Virus record (IMG/VR): IMGVR_UViG_3300020048_000003
Strand: one strand, 5' to 3'
DNA from: a virus
Length of the DNA: 59,049 nt
In this document: piece after piece, positions 36,393 through 46,654 of the stretch
Numbering within the stretch: position 1 is the first letter of the stretch
Layout of the letters: each line of letters starts with the position of its first letter
Program-made: the position numbers and the translations under genes
Notes under the pieces: generated by a model
Database searches by the model: none
The model's input: only the letters and a program-made list of their open reading frames with translations
What the model was told of the DNA's origin: nothing

Positions 36393-36682
36393 AAGTTATA
36401 TTCATTGGCTGTTTTTTTCATTAAAAATATTTCTATTTCTTTTTTATTTAATCTTCTTCTTATAAGATGAACATACGCCCATATCACTTCTTTGTTTGCC
36501 AACTCAAATTCATACATATCTGGTATATTTAAGTCTACATATTGTCTTGTTAAGATTTCTGCAAATAAATTAGTTTTATCAGTTTCATCAACTTTAATTT
36601 CAGTATAATCAGGTATCATTTTAAGTTTAACATAATCCCCCGCATTATAATTTTCAGATTCAAATAATTTTATATGTTTCAT
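36389..36682 (-). CDS. array cassette protein, mini-domain type
   Basis: N MKHIKLFESENYNAGDYVKL / C TANEYNL. Confidence 0.8.
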   Translation of the reverse strand: MKHIKLFESENYNAGDYVKLKMIPDYTEIKVDETDKTNLFAEILTRQYVDLNIPDMYEFELANKEVIWAYVHLIRRRLNKKEIEIFLMKKTANEYNL

Positions 36683-36963
36683 AAGTTATATTTTATTGCA
36701 TTTATTTCATGTTCAGGTACTAATTCTAAATTATCTTCTTGATCAAGAAAATCCATAATATCAGAATTTACTATATTATGTAATAGATATTTATAATCAC
36801 TATTATCTATCGCAGTATCAGATATGCTTATTATTTGAAAATAATTTGTACCTGGTTCCAATTTAAATTCAAATAAACCTGTATTATCTTTACATCTAAC
36901 ATAATCACCAACCTTAAACTTTGATTGTGAAAATAAATCTTCATACATTTTTAAGTGTTTCAT
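36679..36963 (-). CDS. array cassette protein, mini-domain type
   Basis: N MKHLKMYEDLF...KVGDYVRC / C VPEHEINAIKYNL. Confidence 0.8.
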   Translation of the reverse strand: MKHLKMYEDLFSQSKFKVGDYVRCKDNTGLFEFKLEPGTNYFQIISISDTAIDNSDYKYLLHNIVNSDIMDFLDQEDNLELVPEHEINAIKYNL

Positions 36964-37388
36964 AAGTTATATTTATTTGCAATTTCTCTCATTTCAAATT
37001 CAAATTGTGGATAAGTATTATCCACCCATTTTTTTAACTCAGGTTCTTTTATAGATCTATAAAAAGTCTTACCATTATTATCAGTAAGAAGTGGATCATC
37101 TCCATTATCTATAAGCATTTTTATCATCATTTTTTTATCATTAATATCACCTCTTCCTGTTGCAACACACATAAGAGTTGTTGTTCCTTCTTTATCTTGT
37201 TGATTTGGTTTATATTCTGAACTAAAATAAAATCTAAATCTTTTTAAATCACCATCACCAGCAGCATTCATAAGAAATGTCACACCAAACATATTTTCCA
37301 ATGTAGTAATCATAAATTGTTCATGTGGACTATATTCTTTTGATTTGAATATATCTTTCCAACCTTCGTATTTTTTTAAGTGTATCAT
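36960..37388 (-). CDS. array cassette protein, ankyrin-like
   Basis: N MIHLKKYEGW / C IANKYNL; GTTTLMCVATGRGDINDKKMMIKMLIDNGDDPLLTDNNGKT. Confidence 0.75.
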   Translation of the reverse strand: MIHLKKYEGWKDIFKSKEYSPHEQFMITTLENMFGVTFLMNAAGDGDLKRFRFYFSSEYKPNQQDKEGTTTLMCVATGRGDINDKKMMIKMLIDNGDDPLLTDNNGKTFYRSIKEPELKKWVDNTYPQFEFEMREIANKYNL

Positions 37389-38323
37389 AAGTTATATTTA
37401 TCTGCGTTTATTTTCCACATAAATCTATCATATTCTTCTTCTATTTCCGAATCTAATGTAAAACTATTAAATAATTCTTTTAATTTATCTGCTATCTCAC
37501 CATCTATATCATCCAGATTATCAGTTTCATACTCTTCTTTTAAATCCATAATGCATACTTCCATATACATTTTTTGAAATTCATATGTATCACCAATTGA
37601 ATTGGTGCTATTATCTATAACATCAAAAAGCAACAACACATTTTTTTGTGGATTTATTTCAAATAATTTTTCTTGTAATTCTATTGTATTATCTATATTA
37701 CGACTTATAAATTCTCTTTTATATTCATCACTTTCATTATCTTTATACGCTTGAATAATATCTGAATCACTCACATAATATTCCAAATATTTATAAGCAT
37801 TTTCTTTTGCATCTCTTTCACCATAAAGTTCTTCACAAATATCATATGCAGAATAATTTCTATACATCTCAGTATAATACTCTTCTATAAATTCACTTTC
37901 AAATCCAGAGTCAGAAATAAGTTGTATTAATCTACTTTTTTTAATATCAAGTTGATCAAATATATCTCTATATGAATCAGTTATGCTGAATCCATGTTTT
38001 TTTCTTTGCTTATCTAAATATTTTTTAACATTTGATGCTTTTTCTATGAGATTATATCTTATAAATTTTTCATATTCTTCTTTATCTAAATGATCCAATT
38101 CACTAATTTCTGTACTTTCAACATAACCATCAATATAATCTTGTACGAATTTTTCATCATCAACTAATTCCCAAATATCAACACCATAACCAGACGCTTC
38201 TTTTGCATCTATATCATAATTATCATCAAAATATTCATCAACAAAATCAGTAGGAAATTGGTCTGCTAATTCCAATGCTATATCTTCATTTTGTTGATAT
38301 CTTTCAAAAATTTTTATTTTCAT
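37385..38323 (-). CDS. array cassette protein, ~300-aa acidic paralogue family (2 of 3)
   Basis: N MKIKIFERYQQ / C INADKYNL. Confidence 0.8.
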   Translation of the reverse strand: MKIKIFERYQQNEDIALELADQFPTDFVDEYFDDNYDIDAKEASGYGVDIWELVDDEKFVQDYIDGYVESTEISELDHLDKEEYEKFIRYNLIEKASNVKKYLDKQRKKHGFSITDSYRDIFDQLDIKKSRLIQLISDSGFESEFIEEYYTEMYRNYSAYDICEELYGERDAKENAYKYLEYYVSDSDIIQAYKDNESDEYKREFISRNIDNTIELQEKLFEINPQKNVLLLFDVIDNSTNSIGDTYEFQKMYMEVCIMDLKEEYETDNLDDIDGEIADKLKELFNSFTLDSEIEEEYDRFMWKINADKYNL

Positions 38324-38340
38324 ATTTCTATATATTTAAT

Positions 38341-38637
38341 CTAAATGTTGTATTTAATTGCTTCAATTTCCCAATCTTCAACTTTTCTGAGAATTTGCTG
38401 TTCCTGAACTTGATATATTATAGAATTTCTTCCTTCTAAGGGTTTAAAATTTGAATCAATTTCTTGTACATAATAGGGGAAAAGATACCTCTTATTTATA
38501 TTTTTAATTTTATATAAAACATCAGATTTTAGTACTCCACCTGATATAGCAAATCCATGAATCATATAGACAATATCACCTACTTTATATACTAAATCAA
38601 ATGAATAATCTTTTTCAAATTTTTTAATATATTTCAT
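38341..38637 (-). CDS. array cassette protein, mini-domain type
   Basis: N MKYIKKFEKD...KVGDIVYM / C WEIEAIKYNI. Confidence 0.8.
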   Translation of the reverse strand: MKYIKKFEKDYSFDLVYKVGDIVYMIHGFAISGGVLKSDVLYKIKNINKRYLFPYYVQEIDSNFKPLEGRNSIIYQVQEQQILRKVEDWEIEAIKYNI

Positions 38638-39080
38638 AAGTTATATTTATTTATATCTTTTTTAAGAATATACTCATCATATTCTTTTTTATATAATTTC
38701 CTAATATCAAGTCCTGTAGCATTTTTCACAATACCTAAATAATAATCAGGATTGTAATATTTATTATCAGTTAAAGCATCAAAAATTAATTCTTTCTCAT
38801 CTTGTTTTAATTTTCTAAAAGATAAATAACCATCATAATTTGTTCTTATGTACGTTGCTTTTTTATCTTTAGTGTTAAATACAAGACTTGCAAATTTACT
38901 TCTATCTATTTCTCTATGTGAAATTGTACCTATAAAAAATACTTTTACTTGTATTGCATTTAATGGTATATCTTCTACCAATAAATATAAACCATCAGAA
39001 CCAGTTGCATATCTTGGTCTTAATACAATCTCACCTTTATGAAATTTTTCAACTGAATCTTTAAATTTTAAAACTCTCAT
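38634..39080 (-). CDS. array cassette protein (degenerate N-tag MRVLKFKD)
   Basis: C KDINKYNL; ATGA overlaps. Confidence 0.75.
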   Translation of the reverse strand: MRVLKFKDSVEKFHKGEIVLRPRYATGSDGLYLLVEDIPLNAIQVKVFFIGTISHREIDRSKFASLVFNTKDKKATYIRTNYDGYLSFRKLKQDEKELIFDALTDNKYYNPDYYLGIVKNATGLDIRKLYKKEYDEYILKKDINKYNL

Positions 39081-39478
39081 AAGTTATATTTTTTTGTAGC
39101 ATGATCAAATTCCCAATCACTGAAAGGTGCCTCATTTTTTAATTCTTCAAATCTTTGCATTGCCTCTTCAAGAGTGTCAGCAACAAAATAAATTGAAATG
39201 GAATTTTTATCAAAAATTAATTCTTTTTTATTAGGTCTGTAATCATCTATTGATAAACTATCAATACATTCTACGTGTATTGTATTTTGTCGTAGAGCAG
39301 GAACACCATCTATAATAACATTTGTTAAATATAAAGTATTATTATAATCCCAATGCATACCACTATCAAAATCCTCAGGTTGTTGTTCGTATGAAAACAC
39401 AATATATTTACCTTTTAAATTAGGTTTTTCTTCCTTTTTCTTAAATAAATCACTTATAAAATTTTCGTAAGTTTTCAT
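39077..39478 (-). CDS. array cassette protein (MKTYENFISDL N-variant)
   Basis: N MKTYENFISDLFKKKEEKP / C HATKKYNL. Confidence 0.8.
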   Translation of the reverse strand: MKTYENFISDLFKKKEEKPNLKGKYIVFSYEQQPEDFDSGMHWDYNNTLYLTNVIIDGVPALRQNTIHVECIDSLSIDDYRPNKKELIFDKNSISIYFVADTLEEAMQRFEELKNEAPFSDWEFDHATKKYNL

Positions 39479-39738
39479 AAATTATATTTTTTTGCATCTA
39501 ATGCCAATTTAACTTCATCAAAAGTATCTGGACAAGAACTACCAAAAAGTTCTTCAAATTTTTCGTCTCCAACATAAATACTTTCATGTTTAATTTTTAA
39601 TATTTCTAACATATCATAAGCTGTCATACTATGACCTTCAGATTTTAATTCACCATCAACATAAATTCCTGACCAATCGTCTGTGTTTAGGAATACTATT
39701 TTAATATCATCTTGAAAATTTTCATATTTTTTTAACAT
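39475..39738 (-). CDS. array cassette protein
   Basis: N MLKKYENFQD / C LDAKKYNL. Confidence 0.8.
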   Translation of the reverse strand: MLKKYENFQDDIKIVFLNTDDWSGIYVDGELKSEGHSMTAYDMLEILKIKHESIYVGDEKFEELFGSSCPDTFDEVKLALDAKKYNL

Positions 39739-40103
39739 TATAAATTATATTTTTTTGTACTTTTATATAAATCAGGATCCTCAATAAAAGAGTATAGTTT
39801 ATCTAAATCAGTTATTAAAAATGTATCATTTGTAATACCTGATTTCATTGGTTTTATTAACATTTCAACTAACATCATTTTAGGATTATTTTTTACATTA
39901 CTAACATTTCCTGATGAAGTATATAAAACCGAATCATTATTAGTAAGTCTAAAACTAATTACAGAATATATATCTTCACAATAATTAGGATATTCTTCTA
40001 TAATAAATTCTTTAATTAAATTACAAATTTCTTCTTTATCAAAAAGGAAGGAATCTAATTTACTTTTATTCCACTTTTTTTCATATAATTTTAAATATTT
40101 CAT
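39738..40103 (-). CDS. array cassette protein
   Basis: N MKYLKLYEKK / C STKKYNL. Confidence 0.8.
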   Translation of the reverse strand: MKYLKLYEKKWNKSKLDSFLFDKEEICNLIKEFIIEEYPNYCEDIYSVISFRLTNNDSVLYTSSGNVSNVKNNPKMMLVEMLIKPMKSGITNDTFLITDLDKLYSFIEDPDLYKSTKKYNL

Positions 40104-40387
40104 AAATTATATTTTTTTGCTGCTATCATCAAATCTATTTCAGATTGTGGTACTATTTCACTTGTTTTAATATTTTTTGTGATAAAAATATTAGTATAAT
40201 TAAATTTTTTATTATATTCATATAATCTTACACAAGTTTCTAAATCACCGCTACCTATTTCATCTGGAAACGAACTTAAGTCATTATTTGCCCATACGGT
40301 ATAATACTCCTCTTCTGTGGTGAAAAATTTTTCCCATTTTTTAGGATTTGTTTTGTTTGAAATTTCAAATACCTTCTTTATTTTCAT
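40100..40387 (-). CDS. array cassette protein
   Basis: N MKIKKVFEIS / C IAAKKYNL. Confidence 0.8.
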   Translation of the reverse strand: MKIKKVFEISNKTNPKKWEKFFTTEEEYYTVWANNDLSSFPDEIGSGDLETCVRLYEYNKKFNYTNIFITKNIKTSEIVPQSEIDLMIAAKKYNL

Positions 40388-41247
40388 TATAAGTTATATT
40401 TTTCTGTATCTATATAAAAAGTATAGTCTTTATATTTTGTCTTTATTGCTGGTGCTAAACCAAATTTATCATTTAACTTTTTTAACTTCTTTGCAATATA
40501 TAAACCATCTGCTTTTTCTTTTTTCATAATTGATTTCATATATTTGTTTTGATAATTGTATGTTGCACCTATTGAATTAGTAGCATCCATTATATCAAAT
40601 AGAGTTAGTGAATTGTCTGGATCTATCTTTAATAATTTTTTTTGTAATGATTTATCCCATTCTATTTGTTCTCCAGTATATTCCATTTTATAACTAAAAT
40701 CTTCTGTATCAAAAAAAGCGTCTATCAATTCTTGATCATCAACATAATCTTTAACATATTTATATCCATTTTCTCTTAAATCTGCTTCACCATAAAAATC
40801 AACCAATATATCAAATGCATCTCTATTACCGTATATACTCTCATAAAGGTCTCTTAAAAAATCCTCCTCAGCATCTTCAGATTCTATTATTTTTATTAAT
40901 TGATTTTTACTTAGTTCTTTCAAAACATCATCAACATCAACTTTTTTCTTTTTTGCTTTCTTTTTTAAATATTTTTTAACATCTTCTGTATCTAATTCAT
41001 TTTCAATATATCTAATATAATCATATTTATCAAAATCATTTATATCAGAACTACTAACATAATCATTAATGAAATCTCTTACATACCTATCATCATCAAC
41101 ATATTTCCATATATCAACCATTTGAGATATAGTATCAATATCACTACCATAATTTTCTCTAAAATATTTTTGAATAAACTCATCATCTAATTGTTGAACT
41201 AGAGTTCTACGATCTTTATAAGATTCAAATATTTTTAAATGTTTCAT
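40387..41247 (-). CDS. array cassette protein, ~300-aa acidic paralogue family (3 of 3)
   Basis: N MKHLKIFESYKD / C IDTEKYNL. Confidence 0.8.
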   Translation of the reverse strand: MKHLKIFESYKDRRTLVQQLDDEFIQKYFRENYGSDIDTISQMVDIWKYVDDDRYVRDFINDYVSSSDINDFDKYDYIRYIENELDTEDVKKYLKKKAKKKKVDVDDVLKELSKNQLIKIIESEDAEEDFLRDLYESIYGNRDAFDILVDFYGEADLRENGYKYVKDYVDDQELIDAFFDTEDFSYKMEYTGEQIEWDKSLQKKLLKIDPDNSLTLFDIMDATNSIGATYNYQNKYMKSIMKKEKADGLYIAKKLKKLNDKFGLAPAIKTKYKDYTFYIDTEKYNL

Positions 41248-41531
41248 AAATTATATTTTGCCATATATTTTTTTAATTCATATTCCTCAATAACACTTGG
41301 TTCTGCACTTGTTATCCCATTTAAATCATAGATTATATTCCTATCAAAAAAATCTTTACCTCCTCTATTCATAATATATTCCACTTTAAACCAGAAATGT
41401 TGTTTATCAACTATTTGAAGACAATTAAACACACCATTACCTAATTTATTTTTAGGTAATGTAATATAATCACCTACTTGAAACTCATCATAAGTGGTGG
41501 TTAAATCATCAAATGTTCTAATAATTTTCAT
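41244..41531 (-). CDS. array cassette protein, mini-domain type (degenerate N-tag)
   Basis: N MKIIRTFDDL...QVGDYITL / C KYMAKYNL. Confidence 0.75.
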   Translation of the reverse strand: MKIIRTFDDLTTTYDEFQVGDYITLPKNKLGNGVFNCLQIVDKQHFWFKVEYIMNRGGKDFFDRNIIYDLNGITSAEPSVIEEYELKKYMAKYNL

Positions 41532-41869
41532 AAATTATATTTCTTTGCATTTTTTGCTATTTCATAATTCTCAATATCTTCATCACTTAACTCATCAATC
41601 TTTCCCATAAATTCAAAATTTTGTTTTCTATAAGAATTGGATAAAATAGTATTAAATCCCCAATCATTCTCACTTCTTTTTCCAACTTGAATAAAATCAT
41701 CTTGTGGCACATGAAAATCAAATTTTCTTTTTAATCTCAGATAATATTTAATTATATCTTCAGATGCTCCTATTTTATGTAATCGCAGTTCAAAAAGATC
41801 ATCATCTTTTCTTACTAACCAATATTTTGGTCCACTTGTTTCTTCAAACAATTTAAAATTAATAATCAT
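41528..41869 (-). CDS. array cassette protein
   Basis: N MIINFKLFEETS / C KNAKKYNL; preceded by 59-nt AT-rich gap (41870-41928). Confidence 0.8.
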   Translation of the reverse strand: MIINFKLFEETSGPKYWLVRKDDDLFELRLHKIGASEDIIKYYLRLKRKFDFHVPQDDFIQVGKRSENDWGFNTILSNSYRKQNFEFMGKIDELSDEDIENYEIAKNAKKYNL

Positions 41870-41928
41870 ATCTATTATATATTAAATTAAAAAATTAATA
41901 TTATAGATATGACTAATTAATAAAGAAA

Positions 41929-42321
41929 TTAAAGATTATATTTTCGTGCGTCAAATTCTACTTGTAAGAATTTGATTCTATTAATTATTTGTTTCATTTG
42001 TTCTTCATTTACAGAATAACGAACATCATAAGGTTCGGATTTTGAAAATCCTAATTCAACCATAATTTCTGAGAAAAATTTTAATTTTTCCTCATAATTT
42101 TCTGGTTCATCAGATAAATATAATGAGCCTACATAAATATCAAAAAGCATCTCCGGACCATTATAATCATCATAATTACCATAACGATTACGAATACTTC
42201 TTACTTTGGACACTCCAACATTTTTACCAAAAAATTTAGTGAGATAATATCTTACAGTACTAATCAGTTTTTTATGCTCTGTTGTATATTTTACTTCTTC
42301 AAATAATTGAATATATTTCAT
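41929..42321 (-). CDS. array cassette protein
   Basis: N MKYIQLFEEV / C FDARKYNL. Confidence 0.8.
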   Translation of the reverse strand: MKYIQLFEEVKYTTEHKKLISTVRYYLTKFFGKNVGVSKVRSIRNRYGNYDDYNGPEMLFDIYVGSLYLSDEPENYEEKLKFFSEIMVELGFSKSEPYDVRYSVNEEQMKQIINRIKFLQVEFDARKYNL

Positions 42322-42323
42322 AT

Positions 42324-42680
42324 TTACAAATTATATTTATCTGCCATTATGTACATTTCTAAATCCTTTTTATTTGGTGAAAAATATTTTATATCTGTTT
42401 GATCAAGAGAAAAAGTATCGCTAAAATAAGAAGGCGGTGTTCTATTTATTTTTTTATAAAAATCAAAAAGCTTTGATATTACTTTTTTATTATATTTTAT
42501 ACGATATTTAACTTCCAAATCATCTTTTACAATATCTACAATTGTTCCTATTTGATTATTAATTGCGTTATTAATAGCCATTGGAAGTTTACTGTCTGCT
42601 TTTTTAATCTCTGCTACAGTATAATCACCAATCTTTGGTTTATCTATATCTACTTCTTCAAATGTTTTAATATATTTCAT
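42324..42680 (-). CDS. array cassette protein
   Basis: N MKYIKTFEEV...KIGDYTV / C EMYIMADKYNL. Confidence 0.8.
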   Translation of the reverse strand: MKYIKTFEEVDIDKPKIGDYTVAEIKKADSKLPMAINNAINNQIGTIVDIVKDDLEVKYRIKYNKKVISKLFDFYKKINRTPPSYFSDTFSLDQTDIKYFSPNKKDLEMYIMADKYNL

Positions 42681-42988
42681 AAATTGTATTTTTTTGCATC
42701 TAATATTGCTTCTAAATCTTCTCTATTTTTAGAGTAATGCAATATTTCATCAGTAGCAAATTCTCTACGATGTGGAAATTGTTTTGTTCCATTTTTATCA
42801 GGTGTATTCTCATATTCAACTCTATATAATCTTTTTGTCGGTGAGATTCTTATTGCAGATACTATTTTACCTATCGTTGTTTGGTAAAAATTATCCAAAA
42901 TACTATTAACAATATTTAATTTACAAATAACATAATCTCCTATATTAGGTTCATCATAAAGTTCTTCATATATTTTTAAGTGTTTCAT
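42677..42988 (-). CDS. array cassette protein, EILHYSKNRE subfamily
   Basis: N MKHLKIYEELYDEPNIGDYVIC / C LEAILDAKKYNL; related to 28984-29684 pair. Confidence 0.8.
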   Translation of the reverse strand: MKHLKIYEELYDEPNIGDYVICKLNIVNSILDNFYQTTIGKIVSAIRISPTKRLYRVEYENTPDKNGTKQFPHRREFATDEILHYSKNREDLEAILDAKKYNL

Positions 42989-43254
42989 AAATTATATTTA
43001 TTTACATTTCTTAATAAAGATATTTCATCTTCTGATAATTGTCTTTTAGTGTTTTCTACAATATATATATCAGAATAATAGTTATTTTCTTTAATATGTC
43101 CTTCAATTGAAACAATTGAAGGAATTAAATTTTCAAAATTTTCAGATGATGTAAATAAATCTATTTTATTATAACCACTTCTACGAATATAAATTTCATA
43201 TTCTCGTTTATTCAAACGTGGCTCTACTGATTCGTTAAATTTATATATTTTCAT
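42985..43254 (-). CDS. array cassette protein
   Basis: N MKIYKFNESV / C RNVNKYNL. Confidence 0.8.
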   Translation of the reverse strand: MKIYKFNESVEPRLNKREYEIYIRRSGYNKIDLFTSSENFENLIPSIVSIEGHIKENNYYSDIYIVENTKRQLSEDEISLLRNVNKYNL

Positions 43255-43271
43255 AAATTATTCGTTTTTAC

Positions 43272-43296
43272 GAAAATCTTTGATTCTCAAAGATTA
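43272..43296 (-). terminator. hairpin ATCTTTGA-TTC-TCAAAGAT plus T-run; terminator-like element replacing junction
   Basis: 7-bp stem 43276-43294 containing stop of 43287..44126; adjacent TTCGT-TTTT-ACGAA mini-hairpin. Confidence 0.4.
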
Positions 43297-44126
43297 TATT
43301 TTTTCATATCTTGTTCAAGTTCCCATTTTTTATACCATTCACTATAAAGGTCCTCACTCAATGCTCTTGATAATTTTTGTAATTGTTCTATAACTTGATA
43401 TTTTTCAATACCTACTTTTCTTAAATTATAAATGAAATCGTTTCTATCTCTAATAAATTCAGGTCTTTTTATACTATCTTGTTTTGATATATTACTCATA
43501 GGATCTGGTGGTGAAAAATATATTGCATAACTTATTTTACCAGTCTCAAGATTAAAATGTTGAGATATATCAATCATTTTCTTAAACCTTGGTTTGTCAT
43601 CATAATCATAATATGCATATTCTTTACGATTAAAACTTAATGTATCTATTGTAAAATCCCATCTTAATAGTGATCTCAATACAAGTGGTTTTTTTAGCAT
43701 TTCTGCAAATGCATTTTTATATGTTTTTCTGGCTTTATAACTATTTAAAAATTCTCTAATATTCTTATTTTTATTAATAAACATTAAAAAATCATCTAAT
43801 GCTGTATTCATTAATATATTATTTACTCTTTTAATTTCTGGTTCTGATTCTTTTAATATTTCTTGTTCTCTTTTTTCTTTCTCTTCTTTTGTATTTTCTT
43901 TTTTACGTCTTAACGCATCTTCTTTTTCTTTCTTTCTTTGTTCTTTCCAGTAATTAGGATCATATTCTTTATATCTATCTTTTGCAACTTCAAGACCTTT
44001 ATTGCCAACTAAGGTCACAAAATGACCATATTCATCAGGATTTTCCTCTTTAACTTTTCTTAAAAAAGTTTCAGTTTCCTTATCTTTCATTAAATCAAAC
44101 ACTTTAAATTCAAATAGTCTTTTCAT
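43287..44126 (-). CDS. array cassette protein, K/E-rich (279 aa)
   Basis: N MKRLFEFKVFDL / C QDMKKYNL; long charged KEKEDALRRKKENTKEEKEKREQE segment. Confidence 0.75.
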   Translation of the reverse strand: MKRLFEFKVFDLMKDKETETFLRKVKEENPDEYGHFVTLVGNKGLEVAKDRYKEYDPNYWKEQRKKEKEDALRRKKENTKEEKEKREQEILKESEPEIKRVNNILMNTALDDFLMFINKNKNIREFLNSYKARKTYKNAFAEMLKKPLVLRSLLRWDFTIDTLSFNRKEYAYYDYDDKPRFKKMIDISQHFNLETGKISYAIYFSPPDPMSNISKQDSIKRPEFIRDRNDFIYNLRKVGIEKYQVIEQLQKLSRALSEDLYSEWYKKWELEQDMKKYNL

Positions 44127-44435
44127 TTATAAATTATATTTTTGTACACTAAAAAATGGTTCTGCAAAATTTAAAACATCTTCTAAATCATCTGATTGAT
44201 AAATTATCCTTTTTGCAATATCTTCATTATATAACGCACTTGTAATTTCTGGATCTGTTCTTTCTATTCCACTCTCACGACAATTATATAGTCTTTTTGT
44301 ATAAATTTCTATTTCATCTTGCCAATTATATACCACTTTTATTAATTCTACAATTATTAAATTAGTCTTAAATTTGAAAACTAAATATTTACCTTTTGGA
44401 TAATCAATTTTTTCAAATAATTTTATATATTTCAT
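44127..44435 (-). CDS. array cassette protein
   Basis: N MKYIKLFEKID / C SVQKYNL. Confidence 0.8.
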   Translation of the reverse strand: MKYIKLFEKIDYPKGKYLVFKFKTNLIIVELIKVVYNWQDEIEIYTKRLYNCRESGIERTDPEITSALYNEDIAKRIIYQSDDLEDVLNFAEPFFSVQKYNL

Positions 44436-44803
44436 AGATTATATTTTTTTGCATTTAAAAAAACAAAAAATTTATCTATATCTTCTTTTGTTAATGTTAT
44501 ACTATCTGGTTCTTCTTCATATATATTATCTACATCTCTATAAAATATTTCAAGATAATCATCTTCTGCAAACTGTTTATTATTAAATACTATTCGCATA
44601 TCTTCTATCTTAAATCCAAGTTCTAATTCAATACCAAGTTCGTCTTGATTTTCTTCTAAAAAAAATTCAAGGTCTGGTTTAATTTTATCAAAATACTTAT
44701 CATACTTGAATCTTAATTGGACAATTTCTCTTCTAATTTTTTCCATTTCTTCAAAGTCATTAAAGGAAAAATTATTATTTTCATTAAATTTTACTATTTT
44801 CAT
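44432..44803 (-). CDS. array cassette protein
   Basis: N MKIVKFNENN / C LNAKKYNL. Confidence 0.8.
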   Translation of the reverse strand: MKIVKFNENNNFSFNDFEEMEKIRREIVQLRFKYDKYFDKIKPDLEFFLEENQDELGIELELGFKIEDMRIVFNNKQFAEDDYLEIFYRDVDNIYEEEPDSITLTKEDIDKFFVFLNAKKYNL

Positions 44804-45192
44804 AAATTATATTTATTTGCATTTATATACATATCAGGGTCTTTTAGAAATTCTAAAAAATCTTGATATTGAGTATGATTCATATTTCCGTAAAATTCAT
44901 CTATATCATCTTCTTCTGCGTAATATGAAAAATTTAATTTATAATACTTATTATCATTTACTAAACTATAACCTAATATTTGTGTTTCTTCGGGAATTAA
45001 TTTAATACCAGGATCATCTTGTAATTCTGGATGTAATAAAAAATATTTAGTTAGAATAGGATATAAACTTCTTTCAGCTTCTTTTATTTGCTTTTTTGTA
45101 GTATGAATTTTTTCCAATTTTTCATTAGTCCAAGGTTCATTAAGAAAAGGATTTTTACTCTCATTTATATTTTCAAATCTTTGTATTTTCAT
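44800..45192 (-). CDS. array cassette protein
   Basis: N MKIQRFENIN / C INANKYNL. Confidence 0.8.
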   Translation of the reverse strand: MKIQRFENINESKNPFLNEPWTNEKLEKIHTTKKQIKEAERSLYPILTKYFLLHPELQDDPGIKLIPEETQILGYSLVNDNKYYKLNFSYYAEEDDIDEFYGNMNHTQYQDFLEFLKDPDMYINANKYNL

Positions 45193-45193
45193 T

Positions 45194-45550
45194 CTATAAA
45201 TTGTATTTGTTTGCTGTTAATTCTAATAGTGCTTTTTCTATTTTCTTTTTTGATAAATAGACATAAAATTCTTCTGTGCTATGTTCTCCTCGCCATGTTA
45301 AAATTACCATGATTTTTTGACTCAGATATTGATCTCCTTCTAATACTAACTCACTTATATATAAATCATGATCACTAATATTTTTATCAGGTGTATCACC
45401 ATAATCAGGATGATAGTTTTTCTTATTTGCTAATTTATAATATTCTTTTAAAGCTATTGGTTTTAAAATAATCAGCATTTCGTTATACTCTGTGATAGAT
45501 TTAAAAATCTGATCAACTGATAATGTTTCGTATAATTTTTTAATTTTCAT
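45194..45550 (-). CDS. array cassette protein
   Basis: N MKIKKLYETL / C LTANKYNL. Confidence 0.8.
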   Translation of the reverse strand: MKIKKLYETLSVDQIFKSITEYNEMLIILKPIALKEYYKLANKKNYHPDYGDTPDKNISDHDLYISELVLEGDQYLSQKIMVILTWRGEHSTEEFYVYLSKKKIEKALLELTANKYNL

Positions 45551-45552
45551 AA

Positions 45553-45855
45553 TTATAAATTGTATTTATTTGCTTGTATTATATATTCTAATTTTTCTTT
45601 GTCTTTTGAGATATATAAAATTTCTTCTCTACCGAACCACATAGGTTGATCATAGGCATCTTCTATATGTTTTGGTACGTTTTCAAATTCAACAACATAT
45701 CTTCTCATAAGAGGTGTGTGTTGAAGTTCAATAACTTTTCCTATTGCACTTGCAAAATAAATATCTAAATCTTTATCAGGATCCTCTAAATTTTGACAAA
45801 TAACATAGTCACCTACTTTTGGATCTTTCTTTTCAAATAATTTTATATATTTCAC
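45553..45855 (-). CDS. array cassette protein, EILYISKDKE subfamily
   Basis: N MKYIKLFEKKDPKVGDYVIC / C YIIQANKYNL. Confidence 0.8.
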   Translation of the reverse strand: MKYIKLFEKKDPKVGDYVICQNLEDPDKDLDIYFASAIGKVIELQHTPLMRRYVVEFENVPKHIEDAYDQPMWFGREEILYISKDKEKLEYIIQANKYNL

Positions 45856-45857
45856 TT

Positions 45858-46217
45858 TTATAAATTGTATTTTTCTGCATCTGCTTCTGTTGGATCAATA
45901 ATTATCTTATCATCAACTATTTTTATTTCACCTTGAAATTCAAATCCATAACCTTTATAAGTTTCTTTTGCTGCAATATAATCTTCATCATCATCAAAAG
46001 GATAGTAATCAAAAGAATTTAGAGCATCAGCAGTTGGATCATAACCTAAACAAATTCCAATTACATCTTTTTCATCACGATACATTTTTCTAAATCCAGT
46101 AAATGATATATTCATTTTATTTAAAACAACATGAATCTCATCTATATTACCATAAATAACCCAGAATACACAAGTGCCAACTTTATATCTTCTTTCAAAT
46201 AATTTTATATATTTCAT
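45858..46217 (-). CDS. array cassette protein
   Basis: N MKYIKLFERRY / C EADAEKYNL. Confidence 0.8.
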   Translation of the reverse strand: MKYIKLFERRYKVGTCVFWVIYGNIDEIHVVLNKMNISFTGFRKMYRDEKDVIGICLGYDPTADALNSFDYYPFDDDEDYIAAKETYKGYGFEFQGEIKIVDDKIIIDPTEADAEKYNL

Positions 46218-46654
46218 AAATTATATTTATTCACATTTTTTAAAAATTCAATTTCTTTAACTTCTTTATCATATTCATCTTTTGAATCAAATTGAACTAT
46301 ATAATCATCACTATACCAACAACAAGGTCTTTTATTAGTCCATCCTGATAATTTAACACCATGTACATTAAAATCTTTAATTTCATCATATGTTGATTTT
46401 ATAGTATTTGATATATTTTTATATTTTATTTCTAATCTAAATAATTCTTCTTCACTTAATTTGTTTTTTAATTCAACCAAAACAACACTATTTTTTGAAC
46501 TATAATTTGATGTTCCAATGTCAATTATTTTACCATAAAAATTATTACAATTTAATTCTCCTGGTCTATCATAATCTATGCCCCGTATAACTACATAATC
46601 ACCAAACTTTATATCTTTTTTATGAGAAAATAATTCATTAAATTTAGTTATCAT
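46214..46654 (-). CDS. array cassette protein
   Basis: N MITKFNELFS...KFGDYVVI / C KNVNKYNL. Confidence 0.8.
   Translation of the reverse strand: MITKFNELFSHKKDIKFGDYVVIRGIDYDRPGELNCNNFYGKIIDIGTSNYSSKNSVVLVELKNKLSEEELFRLEIKYKNISNTIKSTYDEIKDFNVHGVKLSGWTNKRPCCWYSDDYIVQFDSKDEYDKEVKEIEFLKNVNKYNL

Noticed and set aside
41870-41928. 59-nt AT-rich gap inside the array considered as a tRNA or small RNA
   Set aside because: Too short and too AT-rich for a tRNA cloverleaf, and no conserved tRNA boxes. More likely an internal promoter or spacer. No tRNA-like sequence was recognised anywhere in the window by eye.
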